Assembly (NCBI GenBank): GCA_963825525.1
Contig: CAWGTN010000002.1
Coordinates: forward strand, 393,021 to 457,020
Direction: 5' to 3'
DNA length: 64,000 nucleotides
From: an uncultured Chloroflexia bacterium
GTDB taxonomy: Bacteria; Chloroflexota; Limnocylindria; QHBO01
Position numbers and translations under genes: made by a program. This document shows positions 7,841 to 16,489 of the stretch, piece by piece. Position 1 is the first letter of the stretch. Each line of letters begins with the position of its first letter. The notes beneath the pieces were generated by a model that was given only the letters and a program-made list of their open reading frames with translations, was not told where the DNA came from and searched no databases.

Positions 7841-10057
7841 GTGCAGTTCACTCCCCCGAGCGTCCCCCGTAAGCCGAGTGCGTGGCTCGCTCTCGGGTGG
7901 CTGGCCGCGATGATCCTGGTCGCCTCGATCGCGCCGGCGCGGGTATCGGCGCACGCCGAGCTCGTGACCTCCGACCCGATCGCGAACAGCTCACTTGTCG
8001 AGGCCCCGTCGACCCTGACGGTGACGTTCAGCGAACGGATCGATCCTGATCGGGCCAGCATCGAGGTACTCGATCTCCAGCTGCGCCCGGTCGCGGGCGT
8101 CGGGCCGGCGCGGGTCGACCCCGAGGGCGTCACCGTCACCTTGGACCTGCCCGTCCTGGATCCGGACGTCTACACCGTCCGCTATGACGTGGTATCGACG
8201 ACCGATGGCCACACGACCAGTGGGTTCTATGCGTTCATCGTCGATCCGACCGGTGCCCAGGCGCCGCCGAGCTCGACGCCCACCGCAACGTCCCCCTCCG
8301 CGGACGCGTTGGCGGTTGCTGCCCGCTGGCTGAGCCTGCTGGGCACGCTGATCGGGCTCGGCACCCTGGTGACCTGGTGGCACTCCGGCCGCCCGCTGGG
8401 CTTCCTGGTGCCCTGGCGCCTCGTGGCCGTGTCATCGTTCGTGGGCGCAGGGGCGCTGGCGGTCTACCTCATGCTCTCCGCCCGCACCATTCCCCCGGGG
8501 CCGGGTGGCCTGCCATTCGACCCTGCGGCCGCGTTCGGGTGGACGCCGTTTGCGGTGGCGATGCGAGTGGCCCTGCTGGGCGGACTGCTGGCCGGGTCGC
8601 TTGCCATCCTCGGAGCGATACGAGGGTCAGCCACCGGTCGGTGGTTGGTCGTCGCCGTGGCGCTTGCGGTCGGCACCTCGCTGGCGGGAATGAGCGCCGG
8701 CGGCCATGGATCGTCCCTCGGTGGACCCGTCAACGGGGCGATCGACTGGCTCCACCTGGTGGCGGCGGCTGCGTGGCTCGGGGGCATCCCGGCGATCTAC
8801 GTCATGGGGCGAAGAACCGCGACGCGGGACGTGCTGCGCCGGCATGGCAGGCTGGCCCTGGTTGCGGCCCCACTCGTCATCCTGACCGGGGTCGCCAACT
8901 CCCCCCTGGTCCTGGGCTCGGCGCGCGGCCTGGTGGCCAGCGAGTACGGCAACCTGCTGCTCGCCAAGGCCACGTTGGCCAGCATCGCGCTCGCAATCGG
9001 CGCTGTGAACCACTTCCTCCTCCGCGGTCGCGGGCGCGGGAGCGCGTCCCTCCTGGTCGCCGCCGAGCTCTCGGTGGCGGTGGTGGCCGTGCTGGCTGCC
9101 GCCACGATGGTGACGGTCCAGCCAGCTGCGGCCCGCCAGGACGTTGTGATCGGGCCGGCCATTCAGCCCGCGCACTTCTTCGGTGAGGCCGGTCCCACGT
9201 CGATCCATGCCTCGGTCAGCATCCCAGCCCCGGGCCGCCAGACGTACCAGGTCACCCTTCGCGACGCCGATACGGGAGCGCCCCGCGACGACATCCAGAA
9301 GGTCTTCCTCGAGTTCACGCCAGTGGAGACCATCGGGCTTGGCACCGAACGCATCGAGCTGGAGCCGAACACGCTCGAGGGTCTGTACTCGACGGCCGCG
9401 GCGGCCACCCCGGTCATCGGCGAGTGGCAGATGCGCGTTGTCGTCCGGCGCGCCGGTGCGCTCGACGAGTCCGTCGAGTTCGGGATGGCGGTACAGGAGC
9501 CCGGCCCCGCCCTGCGTGCCCCGCCGCCGGATACCGGCATCGGCGTCCCGTCACCGATGGCGGCGCTGTGGACGGCGCTGCCCTCGGGGTTGTCGGGCTG
9601 GATCCCGGCCTTCGCGTTGCTCGGGTTAGGCATATGGCTCGGCCGCGTTCATGCGGGACTCGCTCGCCTGCGCATCCCGGTCCTGGCGCTGGCCGTGATC
9701 CTGTTCCTCGGCGTCGGATCTCGTTCCCTGGTGGAGGGTGCGAATCGGCCGACGGTGTCGGACCTGGCGCCATACGCAAGTGCCGCCGCCGGGGATCCCG
9801 AGATCGGCGAGCGCATCTACCGGGCGAACTGCGCGGCGTGCCACGGGACCGATGGCACCGGCGACGGTCCGGTGCAGACGGCCGTGACACCGAGGTCGCT
9901 TGCCGATCGGGTCCCCGCCCTCTCCGACGCCGAGGTGTCGTACCGTATTGCGACGGGCACCGCGGGCACGCCGATGCCGGCCTTTGCCGCCAGCCTGACC
10001 GAACAGGAGCGCGATGACCTCGTGAGCTACCTTCGGGCCAGGTGGGGCACGCCGTGA
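7841..10057 (+). CDS. copper resistance CopC-CopD fusion protein with C-terminal class I cytochrome c domain
   Basis: Signal peptide followed by HAELVTSDP, which is the CopC N-terminal His after cleavage. A polytopic CopD-like region follows. The C-terminus carries CAACHG (CXXCH). Confidence 0.85.
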   Translation: MQFTPPSVPRKPSAWLALGWLAAMILVASIAPARVSAHAELVTSDPIANSSLVEAPSTLTVTFSERIDPDRASIEVLDLQLRPVAGVGPARVDPEGVTVTLDLPVLDPDVYTVRYDVVSTTDGHTTSGFYAFIVDPTGAQAPPSSTPTATSPSADALAVAARWLSLLGTLIGLGTLVTWWHSGRPLGFLVPWRLVAVSSFVGAGALAVYLMLSARTIPPGPGGLPFDPAAAFGWTPFAVAMRVALLGGLLAGSLAILGAIRGSATGRWLVVAVALAVGTSLAGMSAGGHGSSLGGPVNGAIDWLHLVAAAAWLGGIPAIYVMGRRTATRDVLRRHGRLALVAAPLVILTGVANSPLVLGSARGLVASEYGNLLLAKATLASIALAIGAVNHFLLRGRGRGSASLLVAAELSVAVVAVLAAATMVTVQPAAARQDVVIGPAIQPAHFFGEAGPTSIHASVSIPAPGRQTYQVTLRDADTGAPRDDIQKVFLEFTPVETIGLGTERIELEPNTLEGLYSTAAAATPVIGEWQMRVVVRRAGALDESVEFGMAVQEPGPALRAPPPDTGIGVPSPMAALWTALPSGLSGWIPAFALLGLGIWLGRVHAGLARLRIPVLALAVILFLGVGSRSLVEGANRPTVSDLAPYASAAAGDPEIGERIYRANCAACHGTDGTGDGPVQTAVTPRSLADRVPALSDAEVSYRIATGTAGTPMPAFAASLTEQERDDLVSYLRARWGTP

Positions 10058-10084
10058 TCGCGATCCAGACGAGGAGAAGATGAG

Positions 10085-10459
10085 ATGCAGAGACTTGTGC
10101 GCCCGCTGACCGCACTCGCCGCGGGGACGTTGCTCCTCGCCGGCTGCGCGGGGGGCGAATCGGGCTGCACGGACCTCCCGGACCGTGTCGAGATCACCGT
10201 GACCGCCGAGGCATTGGTTCCCGCCCAGCCCGCGGTGTGTGCAGGGCACGAGGTGACGCTGGTCCTGACCGCCGAGGTCGACGGAGTGCTCCACATCCAT
10301 GGCTACGACGAAGAGGCGCCGGCGACCCCGATCGTGGCCGGCGAGGTCAAGGAGCTCACGTTCACGGCGTCCCGCAGCGGTCAGTTTCCGGTGGAGCTCC
10401 ACAGCAATGACGACCCGCAGGGCGTCGATGTAGGGATCTTCACAGTCCATGAGCCCTAG
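10085..10459 (+). CDS. lipoprotein, putative cupredoxin-like metal-binding domain
   Basis: Lipobox LLAGC; HIHGY...ELHS motifs; overlaps the next gene by 11 nt. Confidence 0.65.
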   Translation: MQRLVRPLTALAAGTLLLAGCAGGESGCTDLPDRVEITVTAEALVPAQPAVCAGHEVTLVLTAEVDGVLHIHGYDEEAPATPIVAGEVKELTFTASRSGQFPVELHSNDDPQGVDVGIFTVHEP

Positions 10460-11978
10460 CCGACGGACTGCCGCGGTCGCCGCGGCCCTGGTCTTGCTGC
10501 TCATGCTCATCCCGGGTCGCGTGGCAGCGCACGCCGTCGGCGGGACGTTCGAGCTGCCGGTGCCGCTGTGGCTCTATCTGGCCGGTGCCGGCGCCGCCGT
10601 GGCTGCGTCGTTCGTCGTGCTGGCCGTGGCGTCGCGCGGGGCACCCAGGGCAGCGCCCATCATCCCGATTCCTGCGTCACTGGAGCACGTCGCCCGGCCC
10701 GTGCTCCGTGCCCTCGGGATGGTGTGGTGGTACGGCGCCATCGTGGTTGGGTTCGTGATCGGCGACATCTCGCCGCTGCCGGCCGTGCTGCTGTGGATCG
10801 GCATCTGGGTCGGTCTGCCCATCGTCTCGGTGCTGATCGGCAATCCATGGCCGTCGCTCAGCCCATTCCGCACGACCTTCGCGGGTCTCGAGTGGCTGGC
10901 GCGGCGTGCCGGCGCGGGTCGGCTGGACCTGGGCCTCACCTACCCTCCGGGCCTGGCGCGCTGGCCGGCATTCGCTCTTCTGGCGATTGCCATCTGGGTC
11001 GAGCTCGTGCTGCCGGGCGGCGAGGTGGCGGGCACCGTGGCGGTCCTCATGCTGTCGTACACGGTGATCACCTTGGCCGGGATGCTGTCCGTTGGACCCG
11101 CCGCATGGCTCCGTCACGCCGAACTGTTCGAGGTCCTGCTCGGTTGGTTCGGCAGGATCGGGCCGATCGGTCGCATCTCGACCGATCCCGCCCTGTGCGC
11201 CGGCTGCGGCGATGAATGCGATCCGTCCCGATGCGTTGATTGCCCCGAGTGCTCCACCACGGCCGATGATGGCGAACGCCATGCGGTGCTGCGGCCCTGG
11301 GCCGCCGGGCTGATGGACGCGGGCCGGTCCGGTCCGTCCGACGCGGCATTCATCATCCTGGCGCTGGCCGGCGTCACCTACGACGGACTGCAAGAGACCT
11401 CGATCGGTGGATGGCTGTTCGACCTCGTCTACGGTCCACTCGCCTCGCTGCTGGGTCCCACGGACGCCCGGACGTTCCTCCTCGCCGAGACGGCGCAGTT
11501 CGCGCTGGTCTTCGTCTCATTCATGGCGGCCTTCGTGCTGGTGATCGCGTCGGCCCGGCTCATCGGCGCATCTCAGCACCGGCGACCCCTCGGGTCGGAC
11601 CTCGGCCGCTACGCGATCACCCTGCTCCCGATCGCGGGCGGATACCTCATCGCGCACTACTTCACGCTGGTCATCCAGGGCATCGTCTGGCTGCCGTCGC
11701 TGATCGTCGATCCGTTGATGAGCCTGGCCCCCCAGCTCGACGCCATCCCGATTGCTCTCGTCTGGTACACGAGCGTCGGGGCGATCGTGGTCGGGCACGT
11801 CATCGGGATCGTGCTGGCGCATCGGCTTGCGAAGGCGGATGACCCGAGCCGCTCGACCATCGCCGGCCTACCCCTGGTCGGGTTGATGATCGGATACACG
11901 GTCCTGTCACTCTGGATCATCGCCGCGCCGCTGGTCGTCGAGCCCGGTATTCCGCCGGCCGCGCTGCTCCTTCCATGA
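10449..11978 (+). CDS. polytopic membrane protein of unknown function with a six-Cys loop and His immediately after the predicted signal-peptide cleavage site
   Basis: 509 aa with about 10 TM segments. Predicted signal-peptide cleavage at VAA/HAVGG. Cys cluster CAGCGDECDPSRCVDCPEC at 11195-11252. The stop overlaps the ccdA start (ATGA). Confidence 0.7.
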   Translation: MSPSRRTAAVAAALVLLLMLIPGRVAAHAVGGTFELPVPLWLYLAGAGAAVAASFVVLAVASRGAPRAAPIIPIPASLEHVARPVLRALGMVWWYGAIVVGFVIGDISPLPAVLLWIGIWVGLPIVSVLIGNPWPSLSPFRTTFAGLEWLARRAGAGRLDLGLTYPPGLARWPAFALLAIAIWVELVLPGGEVAGTVAVLMLSYTVITLAGMLSVGPAAWLRHAELFEVLLGWFGRIGPIGRISTDPALCAGCGDECDPSRCVDCPECSTTADDGERHAVLRPWAAGLMDAGRSGPSDAAFIILALAGVTYDGLQETSIGGWLFDLVYGPLASLLGPTDARTFLLAETAQFALVFVSFMAAFVLVIASARLIGASQHRRPLGSDLGRYAITLLPIAGGYLIAHYFTLVIQGIVWLPSLIVDPLMSLAPQLDAIPIALVWYTSVGAIVVGHVIGIVLAHRLAKADDPSRSTIAGLPLVGLMIGYTVLSLWIIAAPLVVEPGIPPAALLLP

Positions 11979-12688
11979 CCGAGGTCAGCATCGGGCTTGC
12001 GTTCCTTGCCGGCCTGATCTCGTTCATCTCGCCGTGCGTGCTGGCCCTGCTGCCGGTCTACCTTGCCTTCCTGGGCGATGCGGCTGCGCTTTCGACCATT
12101 CCGGGCGGTGCAACCGTCACCTCGAGGACGTCGGTTGTCACGCAGGCGCTGCTGTTCATCGGCGGCTTCACGGCCGTCTTCGTGATCCTCGGCACGTCAC
12201 TGGGCCTCGTCGGCGGGCCGCTGTTCCGGATCCCGGAGATCCGGCAGGTTGCGGGCGTGGCCGTGATCGTCCTCGGGGTCCTGACGACCGGCGTCTTCGG
12301 CCCGGTCCTCGATCGCGTGCGCGTGGGCCTGGATCCCGCCGCTCTGCCGGCGGCGCGTTCGGTTCGATCGTTGGCGCTCGGTGCGTTCGTGGCGGTCGGC
12401 TGGTCACCGTGCATCGGCCCGGTCCTGGGCGCCATCTTCACGATGGGGGTCTCCAGCGGCTCCGCGCCGGCGGTGTTCGTGCTGCTCGTGGCCTACTCGG
12501 CGGGACTCGCCGTTCCGTTCCTTGCGGCCGCGGTTGCGCTCCCCCGCCTCCGGCCGCTGCTCGACTGGCTGCGGCGTCACCACACGGCGGTCCAAGTGGT
12601 CTCCGGCGCGTTCATTATCGGCATCGGCATCATGATCTTCTTCAACGTCTTCGCCCAGCTTGCGGGGCTGTTCGTCTTCGTGCTGTAG
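11975..12688 (+). CDS. ccdA: cytochrome c-type biogenesis protein CcdA (DsbD-family thiol-disulfide transporter)
   Basis: Motifs SPCVLALLP and WSPCIGP; six TM segments. Confidence 0.85.
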   Translation: MTEVSIGLAFLAGLISFISPCVLALLPVYLAFLGDAAALSTIPGGATVTSRTSVVTQALLFIGGFTAVFVILGTSLGLVGGPLFRIPEIRQVAGVAVIVLGVLTTGVFGPVLDRVRVGLDPAALPAARSVRSLALGAFVAVGWSPCIGPVLGAIFTMGVSSGSAPAVFVLLVAYSAGLAVPFLAAAVALPRLRPLLDWLRRHHTAVQVVSGAFIIGIGIMIFFNVFAQLAGLFVFVL

Positions 12689-12744
12689 GACTGGCACGGG
12701 CCCTGCGTCGTCCCTCTGGCAAAGCCGAGTACCAGGAGAACCCG

Positions 12745-13317
12745 ATGAACCTCGACGGACTCAAGGTCGCCGTGCTGGTGACCGATGGTTACGAGCCAAG
12801 CGAGCTGACGGAGCCGGTCGCCGCCCTGCAGCAGGCGGGAGCGACCACCACGATCATCTCGAACCACGACGGCACCATCACTGGGAAGACTGATGCCGAC
12901 ACCGCGCAGGTCGACCTCACCCTCGACGGGGCCGATGCTGCCGAGTTCGACGCATTGCTGATCCCCGGCGGCACGAAGAATCCCGACACAATGCGACAGG
13001 AGCCGAAGGCGGTCGATTTCGTGCGCGCCATGTTCGACGCGAAGAAGCCGATGGCCTCCATCTGCCACGGCCCGTGGATGCTCATCGAGGCCGACGTCGT
13101 GCGCGGCCGCCGCGTGACGAGCTACCCCTCGCTGAGGACGGACCTGCGCAACGCCGGCGCCGAGTGGACCGATGAGGAGGTCGTCGTCGACCAGGGCCTC
13201 GTCACGGCCCGCACGCCGAAGGATCTCCCCGCGTTCAACGCCAAGATGGTCGAGGAGTTCGGCGAGGGCACCCACGACCGCCGATCGACGGCCGCCGAGC
13301 CCGTCAGCGCCGGCTGA
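12745..13317 (+). CDS. DJ-1/PfpI family protein (type 1 glutamine amidotransferase-like)
   Basis: ATG at 12745 with AGGAGA upstream; motif ASICHGPWMLIEA. The 5' two-thirds of ORF 12034..13317 are nonsense. Confidence 0.85.
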   Translation: MNLDGLKVAVLVTDGYEPSELTEPVAALQQAGATTTIISNHDGTITGKTDADTAQVDLTLDGADAAEFDALLIPGGTKNPDTMRQEPKAVDFVRAMFDAKKPMASICHGPWMLIEADVVRGRRVTSYPSLRTDLRNAGAEWTDEEVVVDQGLVTARTPKDLPAFNAKMVEEFGEGTHDRRSTAAEPVSAG

Positions 13318-13426
13318 CGATCGGGAGGCGGGATGTCGAGCGCGTCCTCGCCCGAGTCGCGCACCGAGGCACCGCAGCAAGCGCCTGCCGAGGGTCGTCC
13401 GGCGCCGTGATCGGTATCCTTGCGGC

Positions 13427-13772
13427 ATGCCAGCCATTCCCAGCGGGACGGTCACCTTCGTGTTCACCGATATCGAAGGCAGCACGCAGCTTCTGAAGCG
13501 GCTTGGAGACCGCTACGCCGAGCTCCTGGGCCAGCATCGGCGCCTGCTGCGCGCCACCTTTGCCGAGCATGACGGCCAGGAGATCGACACGCAGGGCGAT
13601 GCGTTCTTCTATTCGTTCGCACGTGCCCGCCAGGCAGTGGCCGCGGCGGTCCAGGCCCAGCGAGCGCACGACGAAGCCTCGTGGCCCGACGACGTCGTCC
13701 TCCGCGTCCGGATGGGCCTCCACACCGGTGAGCCTCTCGTCGGTGAGGAGGGGTACACCGGCCTCGATGTCG
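13427..13772 (+). pseudogene. 5' fragment of a class III adenylate/guanylate cyclase-domain regulator gene (cyclase-ATPase-LuxR type), truncated
   Basis: MPAIPSGTVTFVFTDIEGSTQLL...GDAFFYSF...RVRMGLHTGEP...YTGLDV matches the cyclase catalytic-domain N-terminus. Homology stops abruptly after about 115 codons. The ORF then runs on through a lower-GC tail into the convergent response-regulator gene. Confidence 0.55.
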
Positions 13773-13913
13773 TCCTGACCGACGATGACTTGGCAGTGGG
13801 CGCCCAGCCCATCCGACATGTTTGCGGTGCTTTCCACCGGATGGACCGCACTTGTCACGATGCTGCCAAAGAGTCGGGGCTCGGCCCTGCACGGACCAGT
13901 ACGTGGAACGCCG

Positions 13914-14507
13914 CTACTCGGTGCCCTCGAGCCAGCCCTCTCGCAGCGCCCTGGCCGTCAGCTCCGTGCGTGAGGCGACGCCCGTTCGTTCGAACAGTCG
14001 CCGCAGATGCGATTCCACGGTTCTCGAGCTGATGCCAAGCCGCCCGCCGATCTCATCGTTCGACGAGCCGCTGACGATGAGGTCGACCACCTCCCGCTCC
14101 CGGGCCGATAGCCGGACCCCACCTCCGGGCCTGACGCCGAAGGCCAGTCCGCCCGAGGCCGCCCGCCGAATCGCGTCCAGCAGCTCCGACGTGGGGGCGG
14201 TCTTGACCACAAACCCGGCCGCGCCGAGCCGCATGGCGGCATCGGCGTATTGAGGGTAGTCGTACGACGTCAGGCAGACCACGGCCGGCAATGCCGAGTC
14301 ACCGCGGTCGCGCAGGAGCTCGAATCCGGACTCCTGCCCGAGGCGGAGGTCGAGCAGCAGGACGTCGACCGAGCCATCGAGGAGCGGGCGCAGCTCGTCC
14401 AGCGATCCAGCCACTCCGGCGATCTGCATGTCATCGGCGCGATCGATGATGGCGGCCGTTCCCTCGCGCACCAGCGGATGGTCGTCGACGACCGCGACCC
14501 GGATCAT
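13914..14507 (-). CDS. two-component response regulator, NarL/LuxR family
   Basis: Receiver domain VAVVDDHPLVREG...LLLDLRL followed by a LuxR helix-turn-helix LSAREREVVDLIVSGSSNDEIGGRLGISSRTVESHL. Confidence 0.9.
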   Translation of the reverse strand: MIRVAVVDDHPLVREGTAAIIDRADDMQIAGVAGSLDELRPLLDGSVDVLLLDLRLGQESGFELLRDRGDSALPAVVCLTSYDYPQYADAAMRLGAAGFVVKTAPTSELLDAIRRAASGGLAFGVRPGGGVRLSAREREVVDLIVSGSSNDEIGGRLGISSRTVESHLRRLFERTGVASRTELTARALREGWLEGTE

Positions 14508-14519
14508 CGGCTCACTGGC

Positions 14520-15611
14520 TCATTGCGGGCGCCACTCGAGAGCGACACGCGTGCCGCCGCTCGGCCAGCGACGAACGTCGAGCAGGGCGCCGATCTGCTC
14601 CGCCCGCTGCTGCATGTTGACGAGCCCGAAGTGGCCATCGCCCGGCGCCTCCTCGGTGGCGTCGGAGCCGATCCCGTCGCCGGCGTCGTCGATGGCCAGC
14701 GTGACCCGTCCATCGGCGCTCACGTCGTAGCGGACCGCGATCGGCGGCTTGCCATGCTTGATCGCATTGGTCAGCGCTTCCTGGGCGACGCGGAAGACCG
14801 CCAGCTCCACGTCGGCGGGCGGGCGCGAGGCGTCGGAGCGCTCGAGCTTCACCACGCCGCCGGCAAGGGGCTCGACACGCTCGACGAGCCATTCGAGCGC
14901 GGCTCCGGCACCCAGATCGTCGAGGATCGGCAGGCGCAGGTCCCCGACCACGGAGCGCAGCTTCGTCGCGACCTCGCGTGCCTCGGCGGCTTCGGCTTCG
15001 TGGCCACCCTCGTCGAGGGTACGGACCAGCATGGTGAGCTGCTGGAGCGCGTCGTCGTGGAGGTCCGCGGCCAGGCGAGCGCGCTCCGTCTCCGCGGCCG
15101 CGACCGCGACGTCGCGCTGGAGCTGGGTCCTGACTGCCAGTCCAACGAGCGGATTGATCGCGAGGTAGCGCCAGACCACGATCCCGCCAAGCCAGCCGGC
15201 AAGGATCAGCCCGCCGGCCGAGTTCGGTACGAGGACCAGCGACGCGACAAGTGGTGTTGCGGCCACCGCAAGCGTCTCGAGGCGCCACGCCATCGCCCTC
15301 GGTTCGGTCCGATCAGCGAAGGCGACCGGGATGCCCGGGATGAGTGGGATCAATCCCACCAGAGGGACGAAGAAGCGGGATTGGAGCAGGGCGGTGATGA
15401 CGAACAGGCCGGCGAGGCCGACCGAAGCCATGAAGAGGCGTGCCGCAAGTGATGGATCGGAGTGGCGCGACGCGAGCAGATGCGCGACCGACAATCCGGC
15501 AAAGGCGGCCGGCAGCAACAGGATCGGTTGACCTTCGGAGTACGACCCCCAGGCGGCGGGCACCAGGAGGATCGGAACGGCGACGGCTGCTGCCAGACGG
15601 AATGGCCGCAT
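14520..15611 (-). CDS. sensor histidine kinase, HisKA_3/NarL-type, multi-TM N-terminus
   Basis: About five TM helices, followed by the H-box LAADLHDDALQQL and an HATPase_c region (DDAGDGIG, GLVNMQQRA). In this frame, TGA lies 20 codons upstream of the ATG. Confidence 0.85.
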   Translation of the reverse strand: MRPFRLAAAVAVPILLVPAAWGSYSEGQPILLLPAAFAGLSVAHLLASRHSDPSLAARLFMASVGLAGLFVITALLQSRFFVPLVGLIPLIPGIPVAFADRTEPRAMAWRLETLAVAATPLVASLVLVPNSAGGLILAGWLGGIVVWRYLAINPLVGLAVRTQLQRDVAVAAAETERARLAADLHDDALQQLTMLVRTLDEGGHEAEAAEAREVATKLRSVVGDLRLPILDDLGAGAALEWLVERVEPLAGGVVKLERSDASRPPADVELAVFRVAQEALTNAIKHGKPPIAVRYDVSADGRVTLAIDDAGDGIGSDATEEAPGDGHFGLVNMQQRAEQIGALLDVRRWPSGGTRVALEWRPQ

Positions 15612-16458
15612 CGGTCCAGTCGCTGCCGAACACGCCCTGGCGCAGCCCGATCCAGATCACGAGGCCGACGGCAGAACCGAGGACGATCGCCCACTCCGAC
15701 TGGTGGGTGAGAGAGATGACCAGTGCGAGGCCGATGAGCGCGAGGGTGAGCAGGTCCCGACGCTCGCGATCGAGCGGGGACGCCGTCGGATCCGGCGAGA
15801 TCCGCACCGATCGCATGCGCGCGAACCCCGCGCTGACCCGTCGCATTCCTCGCTCCCACGGAAGCGCAAAGCTGGTGGCAACAGCCCCGAACGCCACCAT
15901 GGGCCACACCGGCATGACGTCGCTCGGCACGATGGCAACGAGGCCGATGGCGGGCAGGATGCCCAGCGCAAACAGCTGCCCGCGCTCGCGTGCGCTGCGC
16001 TTCCCGGTCAGTCCGGCAAGCACCCCGGGCGCGAATGCAACGGCGCCATAGAGCACGGCGATCGGGCCTCGCTCGTCCGGTGACAGCGTCGGCGTCGTCA
16101 TGTGCTGCACCACGAGCAGCGCCGCCACCACGGCGGCTCCGCCAGTGATCGCCAGTCCCGCCCGCCTACGGCCCTGAGACGACATGTGGTCGACGAGTCC
16201 CATGCCCAGGAGCACGGCCACAGCAAGCGTGGTCGCCCAGGTCGCGGCGACGCCGACCCCGCTACCGACTTCGACGACCGGGACCAGCAGGAGCGGCAAC
16301 GCCACGGCCACAGCGGCGACGAACGCCAAGCGCCGTCCCGCAGCGCCCATCAGTCCGCGGAGGAGGAGATACGCGACGATGGCGGCCAGCAGCAGGCCGA
16401 ACCCCACGGCGTAGATGTCGGTGGCGAGCGTGCTCTCGAGCCACTGGCGCTCCATCAT
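15313..16458 (-). CDS. polytopic membrane protein (LiaF-position partner of the two-component system); true 3' end uncertain
   Basis: TM-rich sequence from MMERQWLESTLATDIYAVGFGLLLAAIVAYLL through to ...IWIGLRQGVFGSDWTD. After that the frame continues as Arg-rich nonsense for 300 nt over the HK N-terminal coding region. Confidence 0.5.
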   Translation of the reverse strand: MMERQWLESTLATDIYAVGFGLLLAAIVAYLLLRGLMGAAGRRLAFVAAVAVALPLLLVPVVEVGSGVGVAATWATTLAVAVLLGMGLVDHMSSQGRRRAGLAITGGAAVVAALLVVQHMTTPTLSPDERGPIAVLYGAVAFAPGVLAGLTGKRSARERGQLFALGILPAIGLVAIVPSDVMPVWPMVAFGAVATSFALPWERGMRRVSAGFARMRSVRISPDPTASPLDRERRDLLTLALIGLALVISLTHQSEWAIVLGSAVGLVIWIGLRQGVFGSDWTDAAIPSGSSRRRSDPPGARRLGVVLRRSTDPVAAGRLCRIVGRASARVAPLRSITCGTPLHGFGRPRRPVRHHRPAPIPLLRPSGGIDPTHPGHPGRLR

Positions 16459-16489
16459 TCCGTACCCGTACACCACGACCCCGCGCTGG

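Noticed and set aside
12034-13317. 427-aa ORF spanning the ccdA antisense region and the DJ-1 gene
   Set aside because: Only the last 190 codons (from ATG 12745, with a ribosome-binding site) are protein-like. The upstream part overlaps ccdA out of frame.
16262-16489. C-terminal 75 residues of ORF 16262..16978
   Set aside because: This is Arg-rich nonsense following the frame loss. The protein-like continuation is in the adjacent frame (ORF 15313..16659).
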